A stretch of DNA of 64,000 nt from Lepidodermella squamata (Eukaryota; Animalia; Gastrotricha). This document shows positions 45,656-58,639 of the stretch, one piece after another. Positions within the stretch are counted from its first letter, which is position 1; every line of letters begins with the position of its first letter. Below the pieces are notes generated by a model. The model was not told the DNA's origin. It did no database searches and saw only the letters and a list, made by a program, of their open reading frames with translations. Position numbers and translations under genes: made by a program. Location: positions 558,001 to 622,000 of the forward strand of contig JBLDXI010000034.1 in the NCBI GenBank assembly GCA_047495785.1. The letters run 5' to 3'.

Positions 45656-46072
45656 TTACAAATACTTCGCGGCTACGGCAACAATGAGCGAAGCTGTAGC
45701 AGCAAAAACCATTGCTTCAGTTCTAACATTCGACATGGCAGTATTGCACAGGCTTTTATCGTTGCAGTAACAAACCGTCGACGAGACAATTGGTGTTGAG
45801 ATGCCGGTGCACTTCATCAGACTCGGATCAGTGACATTTGCGCAGCTCTTCACAATAACCCTTACTCCTAAAGTATCTGTATCAGATTTTAGGCAAGAGT
45901 CACAGGGACCCTGCTGCCCATAAACACCCTGAGTTCCAACGTAGCAAGTTACGGATGCTGGGATTAGGTGAGTATTTCATACAATTTCATCTTGGAAATT
46001 CTAATAACTTTTACCTGAAATGCAGGCGCAACCCGCCAACAGGAGCAACGAAGCAATCAAACCTTTTGACAT
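45656..46072 (-). CDS. Ly6/uPAR three-finger-like GPI-anchored protein (2 exons)
   Basis: Signal exon MSKGLIASLLLLAGCACIS, phase-1 intron at about 46014-45959, then VTCYVG...CDSCLK...KSC...KC...CYCNDKSLCN and a hydrophobic GPI-signal-like tail. Confidence 0.82.
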
Positions 46073-46232
46073 TTTCTCGAGAAAGTTCGAACCTTTTCTT
46101 ATGAACTAAATAAGAACAAAACTGATAACTGATAAAGCCACACATGGGGTCGGGTTAAATATTATCTTTTACTCCTCATCATTTGATACAGATAATGATT
46201 TCACAATGGACAATGGACACTACGGACAATGA

Positions 46233-47685
46233 TTAGATAGCATAGGGTTTAGCGTCATCTGCCCGCATCACACCGTAGTGGCAAACTTGGACGTAATTCC
46301 AATACATAGTCTTACATTTCGCCCAACCGCATCTTTTTAATTGGAATAATGTATAATTCGAATGAAAAATCAAAACTCGACCTACCCAACATGAGTTGTA
46401 GCTTCGTTTATAATCTGGGTGTAGTGGCCAACTACGTAGCCATTGATTGAACCCTGCCCATAGGCCCAGTTTCGACGCTCCGAGCCCCACGCAGATACAC
46501 AATCAGCAAATGATCGTTTACCCCAGCATAAATTCTCGCCAATGTCCCAGGCCGGTCCTGAAGTTCCGCGATCTGGAATCTTGAGATCGTCAAAACTGGA
46601 ATGGCCACCATTTTCCGCAGTGTTAGATCGACATTGAGCAGCCCACCTTAAAACTTTTTAAAAATTTCGATATCAAGATTTTTGAAGCTATACCTCTCAG
46701 CAGTCTGTAAATCAAATAAAAATTGTTTCTCTTGTTGAAATTTTGGGAATTGTCTTACCGCTTGGAGATCAGGGTCCCATTTCAAATCAACGAGGGGTTG
46801 CTTTGATTTAGGATCTATCGATCGACGCCAGCAGTTGTGAATGTCAAGGATAGTCGAAATCGGAACTGGTAGTAACTGCTCCAAATCATCCGAATTCCTC
46901 CTACAAACACCTTTCGAGGCATTTGGGTACTTGCTACAAATACCAGCCTCAGGTTGCAACGAGCTCATAGAAGCCGCCGAGTCATCATTTGACGAGCAAT
47001 TCGTAGTCTTAGGCCTCATTGTTGGTCGGGGCGGGCCGGGCTGAGGGGTTGTTCGAGATGGTTGCGGGAAAGGGAAATTTGGTAATTGGCCCGGGCTAGG
47101 GTTCCTACCAGGCAAACCCGGTCTTATTTGCCCTCCAGGGGTGCAATAGACGGCTAGGTCGATATCTAAAGGTTCAGGCCATCTGCCGCCGTAGATACAT
47201 TCAGCTGTATAGACTTCTTGATTCGAAGACTCGCAGCAGTAGGTAACTCCATCCACCTTAACGACAGACGTATTGCCTCTGGATTCGGAGTATTGCTTAC
47301 AGACTTTGAGGCCGGGCACAGGCGGGGCAGTGCCGCAACTCGTCGCTGAACCCGAACCACCCATCTCCATCCCACCTGGGTTCGGCCAGATTGGTCCACC
47401 CGGGGTTGGGCCATTATTCATAGCCGCAGCCCCCGCGCAGCAGTAGGAAAAATTTATTTCGGGCGGGGTAGGCCATCTACTGCCATCGGGGCATTCCATA
47501 GTATAAATTGCTTGCTTAGTCCCAGTGCAGCAGTAAGAAACTCGGAAAACGACCACGCGACCTTTCGTCGCTGTTTGGCTGTCACATGGTGTCAGACCGG
47601 GTATATTCGGCGGCGGGCTGCAAGCTGCATCAACTGAGGAGGAAAAGCAACCGACTAACAAAATAAGTGATGTAGTAGCTTTCAT
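46233..47685 (-). CDS. Secreted CAP/SCP (PR-1/antigen 5-like) protein with two N-terminal Sushi/CCP-like repeats and a Pro-rich linker (4 exons)
   Basis: Signal MKATTSLILLVGCFSSSVDA. CAP motifs ILDIHNCWRR, LKWDPDL, GENL, GHYTQI and VGCG...VCHY. Introns 46758-46705, 46693-46647 and 46385-46333. Confidence 0.88.
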
Positions 47686-47904
47686 TTTACTCAGTTGATG
47701 AGGAAGGTTGATGTATGTAATGAATGAAATGCACCTATGGTTTAAGTTGTTTAGATGCACAGGGGGAGGGGATTAACCTCACGCATTGCCATACTACAAA
47801 GGGTAAGGATTACTATAAGGATGAATTAGCAGGAAGAAAAAACATTTTTAAATGAAATTTTCAAAATTTATTTCAAATTTCAAAAAATTCGTGAAATTCA
47901 TGAA

Positions 47905-48327
47905 TTATGATGTTGTGAAAGGTTCTTTGTTGTAGCATGAGCTCGAAATGCATTTATCAGCCTCAAAACAGTCGAAATAGGACGTGCAAGTTCCATATTG
48001 GGTAATCGACTGTTTGCTGTAGCATTTCCCACTGATGCACTTGTCCTGTTGGAAGCAGTCATGGTAGGATGTGCATATGGCATATTCCGAGATTTGTGAT
48101 TTCGAACAGCAAACGCTGGCAACGCATTTATCGCCCTGGAAACAGTCGAAATACGACGTGCATGTCGCGTATTCGTAGGTTTGATTACGGCCGTAGCAGA
48201 CCGAGGCGATGCATTTATCGCCCTCGAAGCAGTCGAAGTAGGACGAACAGGAAGAGTAGCTGTAGATAGCCCCTAAACAGCTTTTCGCTATTAAACCGAT
48301 AATTATTAGGGTGGATAAGCTTGCCAT
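47905..48327 (-). CDS. Secreted Cys-rich protein with four 29-aa repeats (C-x5-C-x5-C-x4-C)
   Basis: Signal peptide followed by four units of YxxC(S/T)SY(F/H)DCFxxDKCxxxxC. Single exon. Confidence 0.85.
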   Translation of the reverse strand: MASLSTLIIIGLIAKSCLGAIYSYSSCSSYFDCFEGDKCIASVCYGRNQTYEYATCTSYFDCFQGDKCVASVCCSKSQISEYAICTSYHDCFQQDKCISGKCYSKQSITQYGTCTSYFDCFEADKCISSSCYNKEPFTTS

Positions 48328-48545
48328 GAATCACACAGTGTTTAGCTTCAACTTATGAGTGCAGTGCACTCGGCGAAAATTGCACTGAGGGGTTGAGTCC
48401 GTAAACTAGATGCTCTCCAGAATTTTCGAGTCTGAAGCTGCCCTGGAACTACAGCGACGATGAATCATTTGAGACAACCAAAATGAAATGTTTAACACGA
48501 TCATTTTATTGCGCATGCCATAAGTTGTATCATGATTGAAACTAT

Positions 48546-49895
48546 TCATTTACGATGAGTGTTGAACGAAAGATTGATGATGACACGATCACGTTCGCAG
48601 GTTTTCCCCAGCTTCCGCCGCTCAGTGATAGCCGCTCCACCTTGGTCCAGTAGGTGTGACTCTGTGGCGAGAAGTCGCTCGATAGCTTCAACCTGCGCCA
48701 AAGTTTGTTCAGGATTCTCCCTGAATCGCCGCGAGCAAATTAGGGAGAAAGCTGTATCAACTCGCCGTTTGAGATGGCAGGACTGAGGGCTGTACGTTTC
48801 CTCATTTACTTCTTCCAATTGAGAAATAATGTTGAATTTCATAAAGTTATTGACTGATTTAGGGAACTCACTCTTCATGAAAAGACGAAGCATCAAAACT
48901 GCAACTTCCGGTAGGGTAGGGTTCCATTTATTGATTTCATAAGAAACCTCATCTTCAGCTTCAGCAGCACACTAAAAAGCACATGTATTTCTTAATTGAT
49001 GTAATGCAAGCTTCGAAATTCGAACGTACCCGCATTTCAGGATTAACGGCCAAGAAAGTTGCCAAATTGTTAGGCCCAACTAAAAAGCTTCCCGTTGTTG
49101 AAGGTAATGCTGAATAGGCTAGAGTTATTGGCTTCCAGCCTCCGCGCATCATTGCTGCGACTTCCCTTTCTGGTATCTGAAAGGAATCTAAGGGGCGAAG
49201 TTTTTATATATAAAAATAACAAAAATTAACTTTAGCTCAGGGCAAACCTTTGAAGAAAGATGAAAATTGAAGACCGATGCGCAATATTTCACTGATATTT
49301 TGCAGCATAATTCCTGAGAAAACGTGTGGATTGTACATATCTTCAACGTTGATCTTTTTCCTCAACGGGAGCTTAAGAAAGATATAGTCGTTGAGAGAGA
49401 ACTTCAAAATGGTTTAAGCTCACAAATTCCAGCTCATGAAGATGAGTTTGCGCCGTTATTGCCAGTCGGATGATGTTTTCAACATCTTCGCCGTGGTAGA
49501 CTGTTGGGCTTTCAACCAGCGGAAGGGCGTTGCTAAGTTCTTTGGAGGCAGAATCCAGGTTAGGGTTCTCGGTTTCAGTTTGAGGGGCTGGCATAAACTT
49601 GCCTATATTTCAATAGAATATTCGACAGTATTCAAGGTTGAGAGAACTTACTTTTGAGACCAGCGCGAAGGCATGCATCGAATCGGCATTTTGTGCAATC
49701 GAACTTGTGTAATTTTCGAGGATTCGTCACAGGCGAAGCTTCAGACTTATGCTTGCACGTCAATCGCAGCCATTTCTCACAGTTGCGCCGGAAGAATTTC
49801 TGGCAAGCGGCACATGTTCGCGGTTGAAAACAAGCGCGAGGCGTAACGGCACAGCCGCAAACCTTGCACTTCGCAATAGACGCGGTGGCTTTCAT
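48546..49895 (-). CDS. Divergent nuclear hormone receptor, copy D (second subfamily), multi-exon
   Basis: DBD reads CKVCGCAVTPRACFQPRTCAACQKFFRRNCEKWLRLTCKHKSEASPVTNPRKLHKFDCTKCRFDACLRAGL. LBD exons (LHELEF|LPLRKK; DSFQIPEREVAAMMRGGWKPITLAYSALPS; INKWNPTLPEVAVL) align with copies A-C. Confidence 0.87.
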
Positions 49896-50969
49896 CTAAA
49901 TACAAATTTCACTTAACGCGATTAAGAAGAACTCAAACTACTTATATGGAGTAACGAACTCGTTTTTCTATCATGTACGTGAAGATTTTGCGCTGCGCGC
50001 TGCATTAGAAATTCCTAATACTACGTATAACTGAGCCGCTTAATCGATATCGACGTGAATGAGCGTGCGATTAAATAATGAATGGTGCAAAACGTCACTA
50101 GGCATAATAACTTGTATGTTTTCAATGGCACGTATATGGAAATACGATGCGCTAAGATCAACCTGCCTCTGTTTCCGCGGTCCGGGGGCATGACTAATCT
50201 TGCTGTCTGCGAGCAATATTGCGTCATTACTTGGCAGACATTCTACAGTAAAATCAAAATCAGAAGGCTTGAACTAAATTCAGTACAGACATCCATTTGC
50301 TTTCGTTTTATAAGTTGAATCAGTGTTTGAAGCGAAACTAATGAACTAATATTTATTGGCTCCGAAACACAGGGCAGGCACATTCAACCGTGAATTTTTC
50401 ATTGAATTTGGATGCCACATAAGGTATCAGCACATTGAAACATGAGGAATCTATCTATCACCGGATCCGTAGCGCGACCTGGCCCCAATCACGTTTCGTC
50501 ACTGGTTACTTTTACTAAGCCTGACACACCTTAATCTTAATGTCTTGAAGACTTCAAGGTATGTCAAGCTTAGTAAAGTAGGTTAGAACGAACTAGAACG
50601 AACGCGATGTTGAAGATTCAAGATCGCGTTCGTTCAAATTCGCTCGTTGTCAATTGACATAGAAACTGAAACAGCTCTTCTTCGATTTATCACATAAACA
50701 TCAAGTTCATGATTTCAACCAATATATTGAGTGAGAAAAGTATGTCAATGTCTCCCGTCTCCTCTCGTAAAGATCAGGAAACAATTATCATTTGCTGATA
50801 ACGCACACAGCACGTTCTCGCAATGATTCTGAAATCTGAGAGGGAAACAAGGTCTCAGACTTACGAGTTTTCAAAGGTATGTAGACATTCAATGTTAATG
50901 GAAAATGCACAGACCTCTGAAATTCCGAGGTAAAGCTATTAATAGCGCCATGCGATTTTATATCTAGAT

Positions 50970-51010
50970 CAGCGGTTCCCCAACTTTTTGCCTCGTATGA
51001 CACAGTAGTG
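50970..51010 (+). mobile_element. Probable hAT-type element end (CAGCGGTTCCCCAACTTTT)
   Basis: The typical hAT terminal motif starts where homology with the sister intergenic region (about 57400) breaks off. The other end was not found. Confidence 0.45.
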
Positions 51011-51953
51011 TCCTTTGATCATATCTCGTAGGACTAAGACGAATTGAATTTGGTTAGGAATCAGGGTGCGATCTTGGATAGTGTAGCTGCCATGAATGGA
51101 AGACAATTGTGTTCCTCATTTGCCTAAATGAATATCTACTAAATTAAGCTCCAAAACCTCTAATAACAGGCTACATTTTCAAAGAGATGTGAACTAATCG
51201 CGCAAGCGAGGCGTGGAAATTGTTAGAATTAGACACAGAAAAACGACCTACAGCCTCATAAAGATGAGACAATACTTCACGACTCTGGGTGACCACAAAT
51301 GACCGCAAATGAAATTATTTATTTTGCGTCGCACAGTGGAGACAATATCTCGGGTTTTCCCCAGAAATTCATTTTGGATGTGGTTCTTAATTATTTAATT
51401 TCAATTAATCATGATGTCAGGTAAAATTTGTAAATTGCTTTAATAAGAAGGGACGTGGGTCGGCTTAACAAAGTGCATAAAGCATAAATTATCGTCAATT
51501 TAATCAGGGGTGTTGATTGAACGTCTTCATTATAGCAACTCGCGACTCGCGAGCTTCAGCTGCGACGGCTTTTTTCGATTTTGTGTCTTCAATGGTTAAG
51601 AAATGCCTTGCTTCTTAGTTTGAATAGATTTTGTCATTTTTGAGGCCTATATGACTCGGTTTGGGATACGCTGTAAAATCTGCTGTACTTACGTACATAT
51701 ACATAATCCAACGAACGATAGCGAACCCAAATTATACGCTGTTGCGAACGGCATTGACAGAAAAATCTAAAAAAGATCCAAGGCGTAATTTATTTCTGAA
51801 CAACTATCGGTGCTTAACCACGCATTCATTAGTTGATTAAAGAATACGTTTTATACCTAGTTGTCCCCGACGGATAAGACTATCAATTAGAATAATAGCA
51901 AAATGTACAGCGAGAGTGCAAAAGCAAATTTATTTAAGAAAATTCATTCCGCA

Positions 51954-54550
51954 ATGTTTTCACTCTCAGTTTGCATACTTTTCAAAGCAATTTTCTCGAT
52001 AATTCACATATTCGGCGATAATGTAACGAATCCACTTCCAAATCGGATACCATTACGGGCACCAATGCCAAAAGAAGTCTGGCCATCCGTACCCTCCAGG
52101 AACAAAACTCGAATTACATTTCTAACAACTACTCGCTACGGCGGTTTTGTAGCTCCTATCGGACCACAAGCTACGGAATCTAGCCGCATCGCTATCAACC
52201 TAATACAAAAGTTAGACTTCATCCCAGGCTATGAATTAGGAATCGAATTCATCGACAATCAATGTGCGAGAGATGTGGGCGTGAGAAATTTCATGAACGC
52301 CATTTTCCAAAATGATCTGGCTACAACCCGCCTACCATTGATTTTCGGACCAGAATGTGCTGACCAATTATATGGTAAGAATCCTAACACTAGCCCTAAC
52401 CCTAATTCTTATCTTCCATTAACAAAGTTGGGCAGATGATCAAACCGATTGGGTTTGCTGGGTTCGCCCAAACGTTTTCCGATTCGATCATGTTCATGGA
52501 CCGGAATTCCTATTCAGCCTATAATGCGATCGAGCAAAGCCACTTGATTGCAACTGAGGCTTTGCCTTACTTCGCAAAGGCCCACGGCTGGAACAAACTC
52601 TTTATCCTATCAGAAACTGGAACCTTTGCTGAGCGTAATGAGTATATCCTCCTGAAATACATGGACCAGCTGAATATAAGCCTCGGGGGTGTGGCGAAGA
52701 TAGCAAGACCTACTGGTGGCTTCCCAACGTATGAATCCGTGGAAACAGCGGCGTTGGAATTGAAAAGCTTCTCGCCTCGAATCGTGATCATCAGCTCGGC
52801 CTACGGTTCAATGGTGGCGTGTTACCTTCACCGATTCGGAATGGTTGGCCCTCAATACGTCTACTTTGTTTTCTCAATGTCAAGATTTACTCCATTCGCT
52901 CAGTTGAGAATTCGACCTTGGTGTACGAATGATATGTTAGCAGACGTCTTGAAAAGTGTAATAGCTATCCTACCCGAGTTTTTCGCCCCTTCCACTGAGC
53001 CAGACTCCTTTGGAATGACGGATGCTGTGATCAATGAAACTATGTTCCAACTTGTAGATCCTGCGGAGAATCTTGATAACTACAGATGCTGCCGGGCTTT
53101 GTACTACCAAACCACTACGATAGCGGCTATAACCCTCAGAGGAGTGGAAAATGAGCTGAGAAATGCATACAACTCAACCCTTCACGAATGGTCTGTTGCG
53201 GGGCAAAACTTTAAAGAAAACCCTCACTTTATCCAAAATCTCATGCTGAAACATCTCAACGAAGTGGAATATAAAGGTTTAACTCTTGTTTTGAACAAAT
53301 CGATGACAGCAACTCGAGGCAAGGTTTGGTTCACCAGGTTTGAGGACGTTCCCGACAAAACTGAACAAGAACAAGTCAACGGAGTGATAGTAGCAAGTTT
53401 CGACACCCGAACTAACTCGTTGGAATTTGTTCGTCAAATTTCGTGGGGAACCCTTGGAAATGTCCCGCCACCTGACTCACTGATCATTATCAACGTCAAA
53501 ATAGATCTTGTTAACTCTTCCGGCAGTTACGGTGTTTTTGTTCTAGCTGGCCTTGGACTTGTTTTGAACCTAATTCTGGCATATTTCCTCCTCAAAGGCC
53601 GTATTCGAAAGATCACCAGGCCGATTATTCTCTTCAATTTCATCACTTTATGCGGGAATTGCTTGATATTAATCGGAGTCCTTGCTATGCCATACTCCGG
53701 AGATGATAACTGCGAGATTAACTGTACGATCCGAGTTTTCACCTTCGCCATGGGTTTCGCTCTCAGTTTGTCATCGTTGTATTCGAAGCTCGAAATCGCT
53801 AAGGGTCTGTCAGTAGCTGATGACTTCGCGTGGGAATCTCTTTCTGAGCCCAGTAATCACGGAACTTCAAGATTGAGAAACAAATACTTGTCTAACATGT
53901 TCGAGCCCTTTGGGAGGTATCGAGGACGAGCTACTGACAAGGAAATAATCCACGAGTGGCGGCGCAAGGTCACCCCAATTTTCTTCCGGAGATGCGTGAC
54001 TGTTTTGATATGCTTCGTTCAGGCTACTGGGATTATCCTGCTAATCTGGTTCAGCTATTGCCCGATTCGAAGCGAGTTGTACTTCCTATCGGATTTGGTT
54101 GAGTCAAAATTGCAAACAAGTACATCATATTCCCATTTTACCTACGTTTGTTCCTTCGAGGAAAGCCGAAGCCATCCGAAGCTTTCCGTAACTTGCATAT
54201 CGATTTTATCGGTGATTTTCGGCCTAGTAATGATAAGATCCATTTTTTTGAGTAGTCTTCTCAAAACAACTCGAAATTCAATGTTCAAAGATTTGGCTCA
54301 GACTAGAATGGCTGTTTCTGGGATGTTGCTGATCACTCCTGCTGGCAGTTGTGTTTACTTGATTTTCGCAAATTCGAACTCTAATCCTGGCGTGTCGGAG
54401 CTTGTGATATCTGTAGTTGGATTGGTACTGGCACTGACAACCTCTGCCACATTGTTTTTCCCGAAAAGTGGTAATCTGCGGTTCCTGAAAAATTATGTTG
54501 GGAGAATCAAAATTCATACCAGCTCTTCGTCGAACTCTAGAACCCAGTAA
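51954..54550 (+). CDS. Class C GPCR, GABA-B-receptor-like orphan (GPCR4; 2 exons)
   Basis: Signal peptide (ATG 51954 by comparison with the paralogue). VFT motifs AINLIQKLDFIPGYEL..DNQC, IFGPEC, HGWNKL and GMVGPQYVYF. WGTLGNVPPPD linker, then 7 TM ending LFFPK. Intron 52375-52427. Confidence 0.88.
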
Positions 54551-54914
54551 TTAATAACAGATAGCGCTTCAATTCAATAAAATGTAGGTAATTCCACAAT
54601 TTTCGAAAAATCAGAGAGCACTATAGGCTGAATAGGATCCGGTACATAAACATAATCAAATCGGAAAATGTTTCAGCGAACCCAGTGAATCCTATCGGAT
54701 CTGCCCCAACTTTGTCTGGAATCATAACGCATTTCCATATTTTAAAATTTACCGCCAAGGAGAAATGTTTTCGGTTGCACAGAGATTTACTTATCGCGCT
54801 AAAACAACTACCTGCTCTCGGGAATTCAATGCAAATCCACTAAAATATATGGTGTACTGGGTTAGAAAACAGCGTAACACGTGCTTGAGACGATTTCGCG
54901 GAGATTGAACATGT

Positions 54915-56254
54915 TCATTTACGATGAATGTTAAACGACAGATTGATAATGACGCGAACCCGTTCGCAAGTTTCCCCCAGCTTCAGCCTCTCCGTAACAG
55001 CCGCTCCGCCCTGGTCCAAGAGGTTTGACTCTATAGCGAGAAGTTGTTCGATAGCTTCCACCTGGGCCACAGTTTGTTCAGGATTCTCCCTGAATAGCCT
55101 TGAGCATACCAGGGAAAATGCTGTATCGACTCGCCGTTTGAGATAACGGGACTGAGGGCTGTACGTTTCATCATCTACTTCTACCAATTGAGAAATAAAG
55201 CTGAATTTTCATAAAACGTATAACTTAAGGAACTCACTTTTCAGGAAAAGACGAAGCATCAAAACTGCAACTTCCGGTAGCGAAGGGTTCCATTTATTGA
55301 TTTCATAGGAAACCTCATCTTCAGCTTCAGCTACACACTGAAAAGCACATATATTTCTTAATCAGACTGATGTAAGCTTATTTCGAACTTGCCCGCATTT
55401 CAGGATTGACGGCCAAGAATGTTGCCAAATTATTAGGTCCAACTAATACACTGCCAGTTGTTGACGGCAATGCTGAATAGGCCAGAGTTATTGGCTTCCA
55501 ACCTCCACGCATCATTGCGGCGACTTCCCTCTCTGGTATCTGGAATGAATCTAAAGGAGGCGGCTGGTAGGTTAATCACAATTAGCTTGGGCTTAGGTCA
55601 AACCTTTCAGGAAAGATGAGAATTGAAGACCAATGCGCAAAATTGCCCTGATATTTTGCAGCATAATTCCTGAGAAAACTTGCGGATTGTACATATCTTC
55701 AACACTGATCTGTTCCCTCAATGGGAGCTTTAAAAATGCTTTCTTTCAACTTCAGGAAACCTTAAAAATCAGTTGGCTCACAAATTCCAGCTCGTGAAGA
55801 AGCGTTTGTGCCGTTATTGCCAATCGTATGATATTCTCGACGTCTTCGCCATTGTAGACTGTTGGGCTTTCAACCAGCGGGATAGTGTTGCTGAGTTCAT
55901 TCGAGGAAGAATCCGCGGTATGGTTCTCAGTTCGACTTGGAGGGGCTTCCATAAACCTGCCTATTCTCTGGTAGAATATTCGAATATTCGATCATTGGAG
56001 ATCAACTTACTTTTGAGACCTGCGCGAAGGCATGCAACGAATCGGCATTTTGTGCAATCGAATCTATGCAACTTTAGAGGATTCATAGCGGGCGATGCAT
56101 CTGAATTATGCGTGCACGTCAACCGCAGCCAATTCTCACAGTTGCGGCGGAAGAATTTCTGGCAAGCGGCACAGGTTCGCGGTTGAAAACAGGCGCGAGG
56201 CGTAACGGCACAGCCGCAAACCTTGCACTTCGCGATAGACGCGGTGGCTTTCAT
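54915..56254 (-). CDS. Divergent nuclear hormone receptor, copy E (tandem paralogue of D)
   Basis: Collinear with 48546-49895 exon by exon. The DBD reads CKVCGCAVTPRACFQPRTCAACQKFFRRNCENWLRLTCTHNSDASPAMNPLKLHRFDCTKCRFVACLRAGL. Confidence 0.87.
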
Positions 56255-57409
56255 TAAAATAGAACTTTGACTCAATAAGAAGAACTATTTATATTGACTT
56301 ATGAACTAGTTATTTTTATCATGTTATGTGTACGGTGTAGGTGCAACGTCTGTGCTGCTAATAAGTTCTTCTAACAGCTTTGCCCTAACCAGCTGAATCG
56401 ATATCGACGCGACTGAGCGTGTGATTCCACTAGACACTAATCATGACAGCTTGTACTGGATATACCTAAAGCTGGTAACGCAGATTCGCTTTCAAGTTTT
56501 AGCTCAAAAAGACAATGCGCGCTTGCCAAAACTAGAAGCGCTATTTTTAGCTGCTTATTACTTATTGAACACCTGATGTTGTTAATGGCACGTATATTGA
56601 AATACGATGCGCTAAGATCAACCTGCCTATGTTTCCGGGATCTGGCTAATCTTCCTGTCACTCCCTTAATTTCCAAGTAATTGTCACTTGTCATAACTTG
56701 GCGGACGTCTCGCAGTAAAATTCATATTAGAAGGCATGAACCAATTACAAAGCAGACATCCATATTCCGGGGGTCTGGGTCTTCCAAATATATGCGAGTT
56801 CGTCTTAGTTAGGACTTTACCGTTATTCTTTCATAGTTTAATTTTTTTTTCAAAATTTTGACACACCACTTATTTTCGACTGAAATCGGATGTAACTTAG
56901 GGTATTTGTCCATTTAAACATGAGAAATCTTCTATCATCGGAGTTTTCCGTATCAGTAGCGCGACCGGGCCCCAATCACGAAGGATATAATGCGTGGCTT
57001 TCGACTTTGTTCTGACAATCCTTCAAGATTCAGGATAGCGCTCGCTCGAATACGCTCGTTGTGAGGGGATGTAGAAACTCTCTCTTCACAGAAATAGCAT
57101 GTTCATGGATTGCTGTACTGATTTCTAGCGCAGCATACAGAGTGAGTGATAAAAGTAGCAACGTCCTCTCTCCGGAAAGAGAAGCAAAGATCAGGAAGCA
57201 ATTATGATTTACTCATATTGCACCTAACACGTTCTCGCATTCAGTCTGAGAAGGATAATTAATTTTTTTCCAATTTTCCGAGGTCGAAATCTGTAGACAT
57301 TCAATGTTGTTGGAAACTGCGCAGACGTCACCGCAGACGAATAGCGACATCGAAGCGTTTGAAATTCCGAGGAAAAGCTATTAATAGCCATGCAATTTTT
57401 TACATTCAT

Positions 57410-57560
57410 ACAGTAGTTTTTTCGTTAAGCCGGACTTGCGCTTAGTCGGACCATTTTGCTTGGCTCGTGTCAAATGGGTGCAATAAGCCGGACTTGCGTT
57501 ATAACGGACTGATTTTTAGTAAAGTTAAATTTAAGGTAAAAAGGTCCGACTTATAGGATA
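57410..57560 (+). mobile_element. Left end of a Tc1/pogo-like element (truncated)
   Basis: TA|CAGTAG start followed by repeated TAAGCCGGACTTGCG motifs. Not present in the sister duplicate. Confidence 0.5.
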
Positions 57561-57843
57561 ATTTTCATCTGGAGCGCATGAACTGGAGCGCTGATTTTGG
57601 GTGGCTTCTAGAGCAAAATGATCGCCGTCTTGAAAAATAACTGTTCGCTCTTGCGGCGAAAACTTAATTCCAGCTCGATAATCGAACTTTTTACACACCT
57701 AAATGGCTTATATATTCTTAGGGTTGATATTCCTGAATAGTTTTTGAAGAAATGCACTGTTTTTTTTAAACCGGATAAAATAACCAAAATCTAACGCTGT
57801 TGCAACCGGCTTTGACAAATGATCTAAAAAATTCCAAGGCGTG

Positions 57844-58639
57844 ACTGTAGCGCAGTCCTTGTTCGTATAGGTGGACAGTGCAATTTCGGACACGTTTGGC
57901 TTTGAGCGTGAGATTCTCCACAACCCTGGTAGATAGAAATACCGTTCAAAATACATACAGGAGATCTTGCCTAGAGTCTTGTCTTTCAAATGAAACCTGA
58001 AATATGAGAAACGAATTTGCTCACGAAGAATGGTTGTACTTCTTCGCAGGTGAGCGCCGAGGTAAAAAATTGCTAACTTTTTCAAATGGCAGTATTTTTC
58101 GCCGGATAGTAGCGCAAAAGAAAGAGCGCATAGAACTCAGTTAGGCTGGCATGTTTGGAACAAATCTATTCGAGACATTTTGCCTGAAATTCCGCTAGAA
58201 ACACCGATATCCCCCGGCTTATTTCGGTCAGCCTCTAACTAGAGAGAATTCAATCGACCTTGACAGTTATTAAACGTTAATATTTTTAGGGAGAATAGCA
58301 CTGAACTGCGTTGAGAGCACCAATTCGCTATCGGGGGTTCAAATCCCTCAACATGCAATTTCTTTTTTCTTTTTAGATCTGCTCCCAAATTTTATCTCGC
58401 TTTAGTGTGAACTTTGGCCCTAATCTAAATATTCACACTGAGCTGTCCAATATTACACCAGTTGTGTCCGAATTTAACCGAGTTACCGTGAATACCTGTG
58501 CAGGAGAAAGTATATTCTTACTAGGATATGCAGTTTTTAAAGGTGCATCTTTTGGCGCAAAGTACGTAAAAAAATACGTTCACCTCACAAAATTGAGCCC
58601 AAAAACAGGTTTTTGTCCGAAATAAGACCACGTTACAGT
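57844..58639. mobile_element. ~800-bp non-autonomous TIR insertion upstream of GPCR5
   Basis: Imperfect TIR ACTGTAGCGCAGTCCTTGTTCG / CGAAATAAGACCACGTTACAGT. The sister copy shows the empty site CCAAGGCGTAATTTATTTCTG at about 51778-51798. Confidence 0.75.
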
